Positions 52,151 through 64,000 of a DNA stretch of 64,000 bases are shown here, one piece after another. The translations under genes and the position numbers were made by a program. The stretch is from the NCBI GenBank assembly GCA_034780895.1, contig JAUZTB010000033.1:30363637-30427636 (forward strand), read 5' to 3'. This DNA is from Rhynchobatus australiae. Its lineage: Eukaryota. The notes beneath the pieces were generated by a model. That model had not been told where the DNA came from. It saw only the letters and a list, made by a program, of their open reading frames with translations, and searched no databases. How positions within the stretch are numbered: the first letter of the stretch is position 1; each line of letters begins with the position of its first letter.

Positions 52151-54299
52151 ATAGTTGCAGAAGTTTGCAGGAGAATGTAGGCAGATTAGTGGGTCTCAAT
52201 GCAGAGGGGAAACTGAGTTTTGAGGAGAAGCACCATGACTGCACCCTACATAATAAATGGAGGTTTGTGCCTAGAAATTATTTGGTATGTTAAACAGGGG
52301 CTGTGTTTACTGTCAATGCCCAGTCTGGGAACCCCACCTTCCAAAAAAAATCACAAACTTCAGGAAACTTACCTTTAAAAAAAATCACAAGTGTATTTCA
52401 CCCTGACTGCACCCAAATTAAAATGCAATTTGCATGGTTCCCAATAGCAGATGTTTGTAGAGATTGCAACTGATACATCTTTGCTGTTAGGTGTTTTGGA
52501 AAGGGGTCTGAGCCTTAAAATACTTTTTCCATGGTAGTCTTGGTCCAGCAGCATAAAAGGTATTTAAACATTAAAACATACAGCCAACATAGATACAAAA
52601 GAAGATTAAATTTTCTAACAGCAACATTTGTTCCCTGAACCCAAGTCCTCAACTTTGGCATCAGAGCTCCATTCCTACAGATCTCAAAGCTTGGGATTCA
52701 AAAATTTTAATGAGGCAGCTCTAATGAAGAAAAGTTGTCATTTCTTGTTTTGAACAGATCTGGGCATGGAGACTGTGCTGCTATTCCAAGCATAGCTCAC
52801 CCCATATCTGACAAATCAGCACAACAAAAGAGTAAGGAGTTTCAAGCGTAAATTACATCCAGCAAAAATCAAGTTCCTGCTATCACTGAGATCTTTTACA
52901 CCAGTTTAGAAACATTGTGCTGGAAGCGGGTCCTAGCCACAAAACTTGGCCAGGCTCCCAGATCAAGTTAAACACCATTGTGTGTTTGTACTAATTGCGC
53001 CAGTTAGCTAGCATTTGAGGAGGCTCTTAAAATTAAGCAAGGGTTATTTTTTCTTAGGTGGATGGAAACAAGGATTCACCTTTTTAAAGCTTTCTATCTT
53101 ATACTTTACCAAGACTCTGACTTTGTTCCTTCAATGCAACCATTAAGTGGTTCTCCTTTTCAGTCATTTAATACAGGACAACTCACAGCTGATAGACTAG
53201 ACACCAGACTGGATTCCACATGTCTGGGCCCAAGCCTCATACGTACCACTCACAGTCACACTTACCTTTTGCTATTATGTGGTTCACAACATCCTGCCAG
53301 CATAGCCGCTGTAGCTTCCACAATGCGCAGTGAGCAGCCTGCAGTGACAAGGTTGCAGGTGGCAGGTAGAAACTATGATTCTATCCACAGACCTTCCTGA
53401 TTACAGCTCATGCTATCAAAGACCTTTACAGTATTCATAAATGTTGCTGATGATCAAAGACATTTAGAAACAGTTGGATAACTTGTAAAAAAATAAAAAA
53501 ATGATAATACTAAAAAAAAATTTTTTAAATAATTTCATTTAACCCCATTCAACTAAAGGGAAGAATTTACATTTACACATTGATATGCACACTGCAGCTA
53601 GCCAATAGTTCCCTACTAAACTGCCAATCGAGGAGGGACATGATCTGACCAATTGTTATTTTGTATGATAAATCCATTTTCAACTGTATTAATAACACTG
53701 CACCAGATTACTACTTGCAAGTACGTCTTAATTCGATTTTGTTTTGGTTCTAAATCCTACAGCAAAGGCCCTAGAATCATGGAATTAGGGAAGATCTATA
53801 TTTATATATATCAAGATGCAAATGTCTGTGCAGAAGCTTGAGCAGAAAAATCAACTTCTGCAAACTAGCTAAGTCTGTGCCCAGAATGTTGATTTCCATC
53901 CAAAATAGAAACCTTGTGCATTTTCACCTCCTTTTATATCTTTGTGAATCATGCAGTGTTTCCTCATAGTTGAGAAGGATGCAAGATGACCTCTCAATCC
54001 TCCAGCATTTCATCTGGCCTTTAAAATGTTACATGCAAGAGCTCCAAAGAGATGTGCTCTGTAATGCTCCGCCCAAAGCCTTGCTAAGCACTGTGCCTTT
54101 ATTTTCTACAGTTCTCTGATGCACACATGCAAATCAGGAATTGATGTAATTGATTATATCAGCTGACACTGCCTTGTATGCCTGAGGTCCTATTCAATAA
54201 CCAATATATTTTCAGATGGAATGCAATGAGAAAGGGGAAAAATTTTAGAAGGAGCATAAAGATAATAGCTTAAAGATCGATTGTCTTCTGGTAGGATAT

Positions 54300-54615
54300 G
54301 GTTGCCAAAAAGTCATTGTTTAATATTCATCCCTAATTGCCTTTGAGAGGATGGTAATGAGCCACCATGAACCACTGTGGTGCTTGTGCTTTTATCCCAG
54401 GGTAATCCTAAATAAGCAGTTCTGTGATTTTGATCTAGGAGTGATTAATAGTGATATATTTCCAAGTCATAATAATATGACTTGGGGTGAAAGATGCTGT
54501 TGCTACTCTAATTTCTGGACTGCCCTTGCTCAACCATGTTAAGAGGTTGCAAGTTTGAGAAGCGCTGTTGAAGAAATTTGAGTGATATGCTGCAAGATGG
54601 TTGAGGGAGTGAATG
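54300..54615 (-). mobile_element. LINE 3' fragment, same family as 9120-10760
   Basis: catccctaattgcctttgagaggatggtaatgagcc...atatttccaagtca...ggttgagggagtgaatg. Confidence 0.7.
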
Positions 54616-54721
54616 AAATTAAAATTTAATCTGCAGTTCCATCTTAACGTTGGATGGACCTGTGATGCAATTCTTCAGATAACACCAACCAGCTTCACAG
54701 AGCCATTCATTTGTTTTGAAG

Positions 54722-54849
54722 AGCAAAAGCCTGCAGATGATGGAAATCTGAAATAAAAACATAAAATGCTGGAGATACACTAGTTTGGGCAGCATCTGTG
54801 GAGAGAGAAACAGTCAGTATTTCAGGTTGGAGTCCTTTCATCGGAATGG
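54722..54849 (-). mobile_element. Penelope-like fragment with a mutated hammerhead core
   Basis: ctgcagatgatggaaatctgaaataaaaacataaaatgctgga...gcagcatctgtggagagagaaac. The minus strand reads CCGATGA-aagg..cct-GAAA. Confidence 0.75.
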
Positions 54850-55599
54850 TATCACTGAGGTAGGTCAAGCAGGAATCTACTGAATCTTCCTTCAGATATG
54901 CACCAACTTCACAAAGGGAGTCATTTGTCTTTAATTTGCCCCACCACTCGCCATCATCCCCTACTCCTCACTGCATCTAAAATAGCAGGCCAACTCATGA
55001 ACCTGCTAACTACACTGAAAAATAAAAAGGACAAAGTGTTTCTGACTATGTAATTTTTTAACTATTTTAATGGTTCTCCTGGTTTTCATTTCAAAGGCAG
55101 CATAACAAGAGGTGTTTATCTTGGAACTGACAACAAATACCAACTAATTAGAGCTGATATCTTGAGATGATGTCTGGAATTTCCCTTTTAAGCATGTCAG
55201 TATTATGGCTTTTATCTTTGGTTAAAAGTAGCTGCATAGTACATTCAAGAAGGGGAATTTCCCTCTAATCTATTACTAGCAATAGCCTACACTGTCTTGT
55301 GATTTGTTATATTTTTCGGTTCTATATTACAGAATTGATTCATGTTAGGACTTTACACTCAGCTTGAAATGCCAATGAAAATGAACTAAAAATTCAATGT
55401 TAATTAAAGGTGCTAATCCAATTTGATGCTCTGCTTTATTTTACTGTTGTGTTTTATGCCTTCATTGGAATTGCCATGTAGTCCATTGAAACATGTCTAA
55501 TTCCTTCCATATCTGATTGCATTGGAATCATGCAAGCTCTTACATTCAATGCTATGCAAATGAGTTCAGCATAAGCTTGAGCAAAAAAAAAACTTGTGA

Positions 55600-56950
55600 A
55601 AACTAGTGCAGTTTGGAGCACAATCTGTAGCTGGGTTGCCGATTCTGCAATGAGCTGTAACATCAATGATCATGCAGTTAGTCATGAATGAGATAAACTG
55701 TAATGCTGGAGCCTCAGGTACTAGTGTTAGTTGTGGTGGTGCTGGGGGAGGAATAATAAAATAAAATGTTTAGCAGGGGATTTAACTTGTCAATGAACCT
55801 TTTCTGCACAGGAAAGCTCTGGGAGCTGAGGTTAATAAAGGGCGCAGAAAAATTAAACACCTNNNNNNNNNNNNNNNNNNNGAATTTCTCCATTAAACCA
55901 GCATGCAATAAAAAGAGAGTTTTCTTGCAATTACCACCACATCACTGGGGCATGAAATAAGCCAGCTTTTGCTTGCTGTTTTTTTTTAATCTTGGTTCCT
56001 TCCTTTCGGATTTTAGCTGAGGTAAGCTTCCAAGCACTCCAAAGCAAGCAAATTAAAGTCTTTCTTGACAGATCTAATTTACCCTCCCCTGCCTTTCCCT
56101 AATGGAGGAAAGGAGACCAGTTCCCCGCCCCTCCTTCCCCTACTTCTACACCCTAATACCCCTTCTCCCGTACATTTTATAGTAAGTGCTTCAACCCAGC
56201 AATCGGCGGCATGCCCAGAAATTTTTAATTGCTCGAACAAATGCTTTCAACACCCAACTGAAAGATAGAAGAGTAACAGATGCCATTGGAACACTTCTAC
56301 ACTGTCTCTTTGCTGCTCGTAAAAATAGCACATTGTTGCACAGACAGCGCTTTCTCCTTTGTCTCAGCAGCAGTTAGTGGTGTATGATGCAATTTTTCTT
56401 CCCTCTTTTTTTGCCATCTGCCCCAGAGCTTCATTAAAGATACATGAATGGACTAACTGGTCTGATTTCTTGTGAGGAACAGGTGCTATTGTTTGTCCCA
56501 GTAGACCCACAGTAAAGATCTGACTCAGAGTACTTGAGACTCAGCATCTGTAGCAGTCAGTCAGAGTGCTACCCTGTGTGACACTCGTCATCAAGCCTGC
56601 AATGCAAATAAACTGGCCGGGAGAGTAATTAAAATTTTTCTTAAGGGGCTTTAAATCATCTCTTCCTGAGATGCCGACTGGGAGGATTCGTGACATGAAA
56701 ATAACAGCACAATATACATGCTCCAATATCAGAGTATTAAGCTCAAATAAAAATGACCTTACACGAGATGTTTCAGTTTGTTCTGACTTTCTGATTAAAG
56801 CTCATGTTTCTGTCTCAGATCAAGAATTGTAATAAATATGAAATTCAGCAGCACTCATCGTAATAAGTTAATCCGATGAAGTGGCAGAGGAGAAGGGGAG
56901 AGGAGGAGGGAAGACTCTTATTTTGCTTCATTACTAGAGGTATAAAATTT
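55600..56950. promoter_or_regulatory. Candidate intronic enhancer block with HOX13/CDX, SOX, OCT and GC-box motifs
   Basis: Repeat-free block with GCAATAAAA at 55905, CCCCGCCCC at 56123, CTCGTAAAA at 56316, CATTGTT at 56331, CCTTTGT at 56356 and ATGCAAAT at 56602. Confidence 0.4.
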
Positions 56951-58564
56951 GCTAAACTGTTTTTTTCATGCTTGTTAGCTTCATTTGCTAAAACTCAGTG
57001 AATATAGATTTCCGGCGCTAGCATTTGTCAATGGAACAGGGTACAATATCACCTACTCACCTGCACTCTGGGTTAAACAGATAGTGAATGCCAAAAATGG
57101 GAAGTGCAAGAGGAAAGCTGACAATGCCCACCAGTAAATGGAAAGCTCCTGATCTTCCTTACAACTGAAGAACAAGAAAAAAGTGATTTGGTGGTTCTGA
57201 ATGGTGAGTGTAAACTTTCTGCACCCCACCAGGAGGTGAAAGTGAGAATCTACTCCAAAACACTTTGCAGAACAATGCCTGAAGTTTGTTATGCTGAAGA
57301 GCGAGAACTGGAGATTTTCAGCAGCAGATCCCACTTGCAATAGAGTGTTTATTGACCACATAACAAAATATTTGGAGGTCAGTGTCCCATAGAACAACAA
57401 AGGCCCATATTTATCAACACGATTAGTCGCTAAGAGGGAGCTAAATGTTCCTTTTTTATGTATTAATGTCTTGTGTCATTGTGACCTCACTTCAATAGAA
57501 TTCTTCCTATTTAAGCAGCTGGTTAGACTCTTGAGACTGGATGACCTGACTGATGAGTTTTGAATCACCCATGACCTACATATTTTTTTGGGAAGGGTAA
57601 ATTAGATAGGCCATTTATCTTATGCCACAGAAAAATAAACATTTAAGTATTTAAAAGGTATGAAATAAAAGAACTTAAATAATACATTTGTGGGTTTATA
57701 CTCAGATATTTTCTTCATCCTCCATACTAGAGACCATGTCCATGAATAAGCTTTTATCTTCTGGAAGTGAGATCCCCATGTCCAATATCCAGTAAGGTAG
57801 TCGGCTGGAAACCCAGTTACCAGTTACACCTAGTGCCAGTTATGGCATTCATCTTTTATGTCCCCTTTTCTCCTACACCACCATTCCTACTATGATTTAA
57901 CTTCTTCCACCTTCCACCCACACAGTTCTTTTTTTGCTTTCTCCACCTCTTTGTCCTGCTCTCCCACCCCCACCTTTGCCAACAACCTAACCAAATTACT
58001 GCACCCTAATCCACCCCACCAACCTGCAGAGTCACCCCCGCCTCACAATGCTAAACCTGCTAATCATTAATAACGTCCATTTCTAGTGATAGGTCATTTC
58101 CTACAAAATTTAACTCTTGTTTCTCCTGGTACAGATGTTACATGACTTGCCAAGTATTTCTAGTATGTTGTGCTTTCATTTCAGGTTCTCAGCACATGCA
58201 GTATCTTGCTTTTGTTTTGCTCACTGAATAGGTCATGAGTATTTCCACGGAAGAGAGTGGATCAAATGATTCATCAAGACCACACAGCTCAGGCAGACAT
58301 TAAAAGATTGACAGGGACCAGGAGAATAACATATAGAGCTACAGGAACTGTTACACTGGCCCAAGTTATTCTGGCTCTCACCCCTTGCCCAGACTCCCCA
58401 CTTCTATCTCTCCATCTATCAGTGCTTGACTGGGCAGGATGCAGAGGGAAGTTCTTGTTGATACTGTGAGCCAAAGTGAGGCGCGAGTGCGAATTAGGCC
58501 TCAGGTGAGGATCTGCCCAGAAACATTCTGTTGGCCTTTGACAGTAGGCAACGCTGGTCCCAGA

Positions 58565-58845
58565 ACATGGTAGTGTAGTGGTTAGTGTAATGCTATTACA
58601 GCATCAGCAACCTAGGTTCAATTCCTGCAGCTGTCTGTAAGGAGTTGGTACGTTCTCGCCATGACTGCATGGGTTTCCTCTGGGTGCTCTGGTTTCAAAG
58701 ACATACAGATTAGGAAGTTGTGGGCATGCTATGTTGGCACTGGAAGCGTGGCAATACTTGCGGGCTGCTCCCAGAACATTCCATGCAAAGATGCATTTCA
58801 CCATGTGTTTCGACGTACATGTGACTAAAAGAAATCTTATGTTAT
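58565..58845 (+). mobile_element. Near full-length V-SINE, same subfamily as 30462-30753
   Basis: A box tagtgtagtgg and B box ggttcaattcc, then ctgtctgtaaggagtt...gggtttcctctgggtgctc, then the tail atgcatttcaccatgtgtttcgacgtacatgtgactaa. Confidence 0.9.
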
Positions 58846-61289
58846 GTCAAAGCCTGCGAGGCAATTTATTATAGTTGATGAATCTCATGAAATGAATGGG
58901 CTCTGATCCTATACCAGTTACACCTAGTGTAGGATAAGAAGGACAGAGAATCCCAGCAAGACAGTATTGGAGTCTCTGAGGAATCCAGTGAGGGAACGAA
59001 GTGATGGAAGCTGTCACTCAGGAAGTCCTGAACTTACAACAGATTCGTGCAAGTCTGGGGCTTATTTTCACGGGACGGCATGGAAACTTAGTTCCAGACC
59101 CAAAGTAATTTGATTTAATGAGACACTTCATACTTTTTATGAATCTCCTGGCTATTTGACTGTAAAATAAATTTTGAATATACCCTGAATATTAAGTATA
59201 AAAACATTTATTATTTACGTGCAACATTCCAGCCAATATTTTCCCATGAAATGGAATGAATTTAACCAAGAGGACAATACATTAGGACAACACATTATGT
59301 TGTATAAATCTTTCCATATTCTCATCTGCTTTGGTGGCTCAGATTGGCAATGTAGTGACCTGGGCCCAGAAAACAATATCTAGTTTGTGCTGGTTATGCC
59401 AATTTTACACTTTATGATTGCAGCTGATGAAAAGTATATGCTTCTTTCATTGCTGCTGGTGGTTAGTATCATTTATCTTGTTCTGCTGGTGAGGTAGAAT
59501 TATCTTTTGTAAGTTTTTGAGAACCATCACCAAACTTGGCAGTTCTTTTCTATATGGTGTCTGAGAGGTTGGTGTCAGGAAGACATGCAGAAAGGAGAGA
59601 AATAATACAATGAGACTCTTAGCAAAACTGTTGCCCCTTAATGGTGCTAAAATATTAAAGCAGCTTTAGCTGATCTTGGCTGGGGAAGCAGCTGAGGAAT
59701 CAGCACTCCTAAGCAAGTGAACAGAAAAATATCATTCATTGCTGCCTAATGATTTCTGTTGGCAAGTGTGCATGCTGTATGGGAACTGAGTTAGGCTAAG
59801 TTATGATTCCCTCATGTAAAACTAGTCAGTCAACACTTCCTGTCAAGACTTGCTCATGATAAATGCTCAGCTGGATGAAGTTCCAGAGGGCATCCAGAGC
59901 CTTTTAAACTCTGGCTCAGTGTGAAACAGTGCCTTTTGGCAAAGGGATCAAGAAGGTGGAAAGAGAAACAATGGTCCTGACTTGTCAGTCATTTCCCATA
60001 AAATCTGGCGTCAGAATAAAGATTTTTATTCTTTGAGGCATGAAAATTGTGCAAATATCTTTTCTGTGGTATACTACCTACACTGCCTTTGACAATCAAA
60101 TCCGCTGGTATTCTTGCATCCTCTCCATAAATGCTGCCTGGATTCATTGCAAGTAATCTGCACAAATTCTCTCCATATGCTGTACAGGACACCTTCCTGA
60201 AGTTCCCTTTCATATGTAGATCTGGCTGTTTTTATCTCCTTAAAGCACCTTATCCAGGACTGCCTAGACGTCAGCCTCATGAAAAATGTGTGTGCTTCAT
60301 TTTTACCTCCTCCCATTGACCTACTTCCTGTTTTAGGGTTTCTTGCCTTTCATTGGGGTTAATTTGAAGATATGTTGCAAAAGTGCCAAAAATTCATATA
60401 TCAGTCAGCTACTTACAGCTACCTGATGGTTAGTTTGGAAAAAGTTTGGTACTTGACAGTGCTTGAATTTACCTCAGATATAATAAAGGTGAACAATATT
60501 TGCAAATTGCTTATTACAGATTGACACACCCAATTATCTCACACCCAATTTTCTTATCCATTANNNNNNNNNNNNNNNNNNNNNNNNNNNNNNNNNNNNN
60601 NNNNNNNNNNNNNNNNNNNNNNNNNNNNNNNNNNNNNNNNNNNNNNNNNNNNNNNNNNNNNNNCCTTGCTGTCTAAGGATTCTGTAGCAAAATAGCATAA
60701 TTACTGCTATTTTTTCCAACCTTTGTGCTTCCTCCAAATGGTTAATGAATTCCAGAACATTAAAAGATTGAATGCAAAGTTCCATTGTAAGATCAGTGAT
60801 GTCACTGCAGAATACGTTTCTTTAGTGAATATTGCAGACTGTGTTGTGCAAATTCCTGGAAAGGACTGAGTGGGCAGTATTTAATTTTGCATAGATTCCA
60901 ATACAAGTTCTCTATCTACTACTATCGTAGGAGCATCATCTCCACAAGGACTATGATGGTTCATGAAAGAAGCCCACCAGCTTCTCAAGGCAATGAGGAT
61001 AGTTTAATCAATGACACACAAAAACTGTTGTCTGTCTCAGAACTGCCATGCAAATCTCAGCTTCTCTCATTTGAGACAGGAAGTCTTCTCACTGGGAGAA
61101 GACTTTAGGTCAACAACCCCCATTTCCTCTAGCTCTTTCAAATATGTATGGCAGCCTTGCCAATGACACAGTTTCAATTATGATGTAAGCAGTAACAGAT
61201 TTACTGCTAATAACTCAGTTACTAAGTACCACCCTGACCTCGTGGCAGTACTCTTGCATTCTAGAAGTTTGAAGTTCAGAAGTCTCCAA

Positions 61290-61545
61290 AGAGGGATCCA
61301 GGGATGAGTGACGAGAGTTACTTGGACAAAGTGGAGAAGTTGGGGCTGCACTTTGGAACAGAGATGATTGCAAGGGGATCTGATGGAGATGTTTCAAATC
61401 CTGAAGGGTATAGACAGAGAGAAACTATTCCTATTGTCAGAAAGTTCAAGAACAAGGGGATAGAAAATGAAAGGGATTAAACAAAAGCAGAAATGAGGAA
61501 AAGCTTGCTTTGCGGTGAAGGTTAGGACCTGGAAAGCACTGCTGG
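61290..61545 (+). mobile_element. CR1 ORF2 C-terminal fragment
   Basis: ccagggatgag...gagaagttggggctg...ggggatctgatggagatgtttcaaatcctgaagggtatagacag. Confidence 0.7.
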
Positions 61546-62119
61546 GGCAATGATGGGGTTAGGGTGAAGGTGCGGGTTTTGCTGGATTGCTCTGATGTGT
61601 AGATATGGACTTGACAAGCCAAACAGCCTTCTTCCATGCAGCTACTATTCATAAACTAACCTGCATTGACAGAGCTAAATTTTGGTAATGTTGTTTCATC
61701 GATGTCTTCAACAATAAAAAATTTAAACCAAAGCCTCATGTGGACAGGTATTGTGAATGATCACTTAACACTACTTGAATGAAATCAAATTGCTTTCCAG
61801 TGTTCCAATTAGGATCCATCCTATAAACAACTCCATCGGAACAAATTATCTCATCACTGATCACATATTTTCGTTTGTGGGTCCTTTCTGTGTCCAAGTT
61901 AAGACCTTCCAAACTACAGCGACACATTAATAGTAATTAATTGTTTGCAAAGCTCTTCGTATGTTCAAATGCTTTATAAATGCAAGGACCTTCTTGTCTT
62001 TCTTTATTGGATTATGGTGCCAATTTGTTTGTGCACAGGTAAACTGACAATGACATGGCATTTCAGACAATATACCAGGAGTAGTTGGGTGCTGGAAGTA
62101 ATAAAACCTATTGATCTGA

Positions 62120-62640
62120 ATTGACACTGAGGGAGTGATGCACAATCAGGGCATCACCTTTTTGGCTGAGATGTTAAATCATGGCTCTGCCTGCTCCTTT
62201 GATAGACATAAGGTTCCTACGGCATCATGGAGACTGCAAATGCTGGAATCTGGAGCAACAATCGGTTCCATCTGCCCAACATCCTTCACTCCTCCTAGGT
62301 CCACCAATCACTTACCAGCCCGTTTCTCACTACTCTCTTTATACTGGCTATCTTCCATCTCCACTCTTAATCCTAATACAGGGTTTTGACCTGAAACATC
62401 GATAATTCCTACAGAAGCTGCTCATCCCACTGAGTTCCTCCAGCAGATTGTTTGTTGTCTCATGTTACAGAACAACTAGAGGAACACTCCACAGTATCCT
62501 TGCCAATAGTTATTGCTCAGTTAACATAGATGAAACAGGTATATAGTCATTATGCTGCACTTTTTTTATCATAACAAAAAGATTTTAGCTGCAAATTTTC
62601 AAAATTAATGTCAACTTCAGATAAGGTACACTAGCTATAA
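62120..62640 (+). mobile_element. Deu-domain SINE split by a Penelope-like insertion
   Basis: The 5' part reads actgagggagtgatgcac...gagatgttaaatc and the 3' part reads tccttgccaatagttattgctca. Confidence 0.65.
62230..62459 (+). mobile_element. Penelope-like element with an inverted 5' piece and 5-bp TSD
   Basis: gagactgcaaatgctggaatctggagcaacaa...agggttttgacctgaaacatcg...ctgagttcctccagcag, with tcatg at 62225-62229 and 62460-62464. Confidence 0.75.
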
Positions 62641-62914
62641 ATTGAATGAGAGAAACTGTCAGCTTCTTAAAACTTGCTCCACGTGAAAGCCCCAGTGATC
62701 AAATGGGGCAACTGGAACTTCCATTTTAAAACCTGATTTTCTCACCTTTTTTCCTGACTTCACTGATTCCAGCTGGTTGTAATCCCATGGGAAGTGGCCA
62801 CGTTCTTAGTTATGGGCCTAAGTGACAACCTTGAAGATCAAATTATCCAGGCGGGCAAGATGGGCACCGAACCAAACCCAATCCTGCCCTCACCCAACAT
62901 TTACACTGTCAATC

Positions 62915-62990
62915 CAGAATCAGGAAATGAGGATGGGCAATAAATGCTGGCCTTGCCTGCAATGCCCAGATCTCTTAAATGAATGAAAAA
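62915..62990 (+). mobile_element. LINE 3' tail, same family as 9120-10760
   Basis: ggatgggcaataaatgctggccttgcctgcaatgcccagatctcttaaatgaatgaaaaa. Confidence 0.65.
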
Positions 62991-64000
62991 GTATAAAGAT
63001 CAGAGGTGAGAAATTATTTATGTTATTGGCCAATGGAGTTGAAAATAAATGTGGCAGTTCTGATGTTTCCCTGGGTGAAATCTGTTAACAAAGGAAGAAA
63101 GGAGATGGTTGCCAATCTTTCAGGACTTTCCCTCATTATAACATCTCCAAGAACTAAATATTCACCTCTTGGGCAATTATCGTTACCCCAATCAAAACAC
63201 CTTAGAGGTATTTTTTTTAGATTTTCTTTGAATATTTTCATTTCGGGATAATGTAAAACACTGTTTGATTAGCTGTGGTGTTTGGTGGTAGAAGTTCATA
63301 TCATGAAACCTCCAAGCAGAGATGCTGACTGCAAGAGGACCTTCCTTAATTTTATGTAGTTCAGAGATGGATCAGATAATGTGTTTGTCCTCTGAACCAT
63401 TAGGATGGCACAGAAAAAAAATTCTGCGAGATTTAGTGCTTTCTCTAGGTTGTGTCTCAGCATCATTACTTTAAAAAGTCAACACTGATACAAGAATATT
63501 AAATTGCAAAGACCTGCATTAATACTTAATATTACTGTAGCTGAATCCATCACAGTCTTGTCAATTAAATATTATTGTTAAGAAGCAATAGTTTGTTAAA
63601 ACCACATAAAGTGCAAGAGAGGAAAATTGCTGTGTATTTATTACTCCTGAAGGATCTATTTGTAGGTGTTTTACAGAGATATCAGTGGAAAAATATGCAT
63701 ATTCTCAGCACATTGTTATCCCCGAGTGTGTGTTTCTTTGGCTGAAACCAGAGGCGAAAGCTCTGTATCTGCAACTTCCGAAAAAAAGCCTGAAGAACTA
63801 AGTGAGCCTAAATTTAATCAGAAACAAACACTCATCACTACAAAAGTGAAGAGTTGACTATTATGCAAATTGTCACTGTCAGTGGTCACCAACCCATTAT
63901 GGTTAATGAGAAAAAGCTGAAAGATGTGGGCTTTTTATTCCTCTCTCTTCTTTTTGTTTATAATTCAGTCCAGATGAGGTTCTGCAAAGCAAAGCCAACA

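Noticed and set aside
58565-58640. tRNA gene suggested by A and B boxes (also at about 30680-30753)
   Set aside because: These are V-SINE heads continuing into the V-domain and tail, with no complete cloverleaf.
60664-60700. Minus-strand ILRQQ next to a gap as the upstream SOX6 exon (IARQQQQLL...)
   Set aside because: The acceptor AG is out of register by one base and the sequence continues CAA GG rather than poly-Gln.

Overview
Eukaryotic, AT-rich vertebrate genomic DNA with scaffold gaps. The repeat content (CR1, L2-type, Deu-SINE and V-SINE families, Penelope-type hairpins) points to a cartilaginous fish, possibly a ray or sawfish. The whole window lies inside a SOX6 gene on the minus strand. 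Three coding exons can be read with canonical splice sites and matching phases: 45323-45203 (121 nt), 33409-33330 (80 nt) and 2298-2149 (150 nt). Together they encode [117 protein letters not shown]. The rest is intron containing decayed, often nested retroelements and several repeat-free, motif-dense blocks that look like enhancers. Nearly all ORFs in the supplied track are spurious or transposon remnants. I see no new multi-gene system. The best leads are a candidate UGCAUG-flanked frameshifting SOX6 cassette exon, tandem NAGNAG acceptors, a Penelope-type hairpin with an intact hammerhead core, V-SINEs with swapped tails, and candidate intronic enhancers. Repeat families and human SOX6 comparisons are recognised from memory rather than by database search, and repeat boundaries are approximate.
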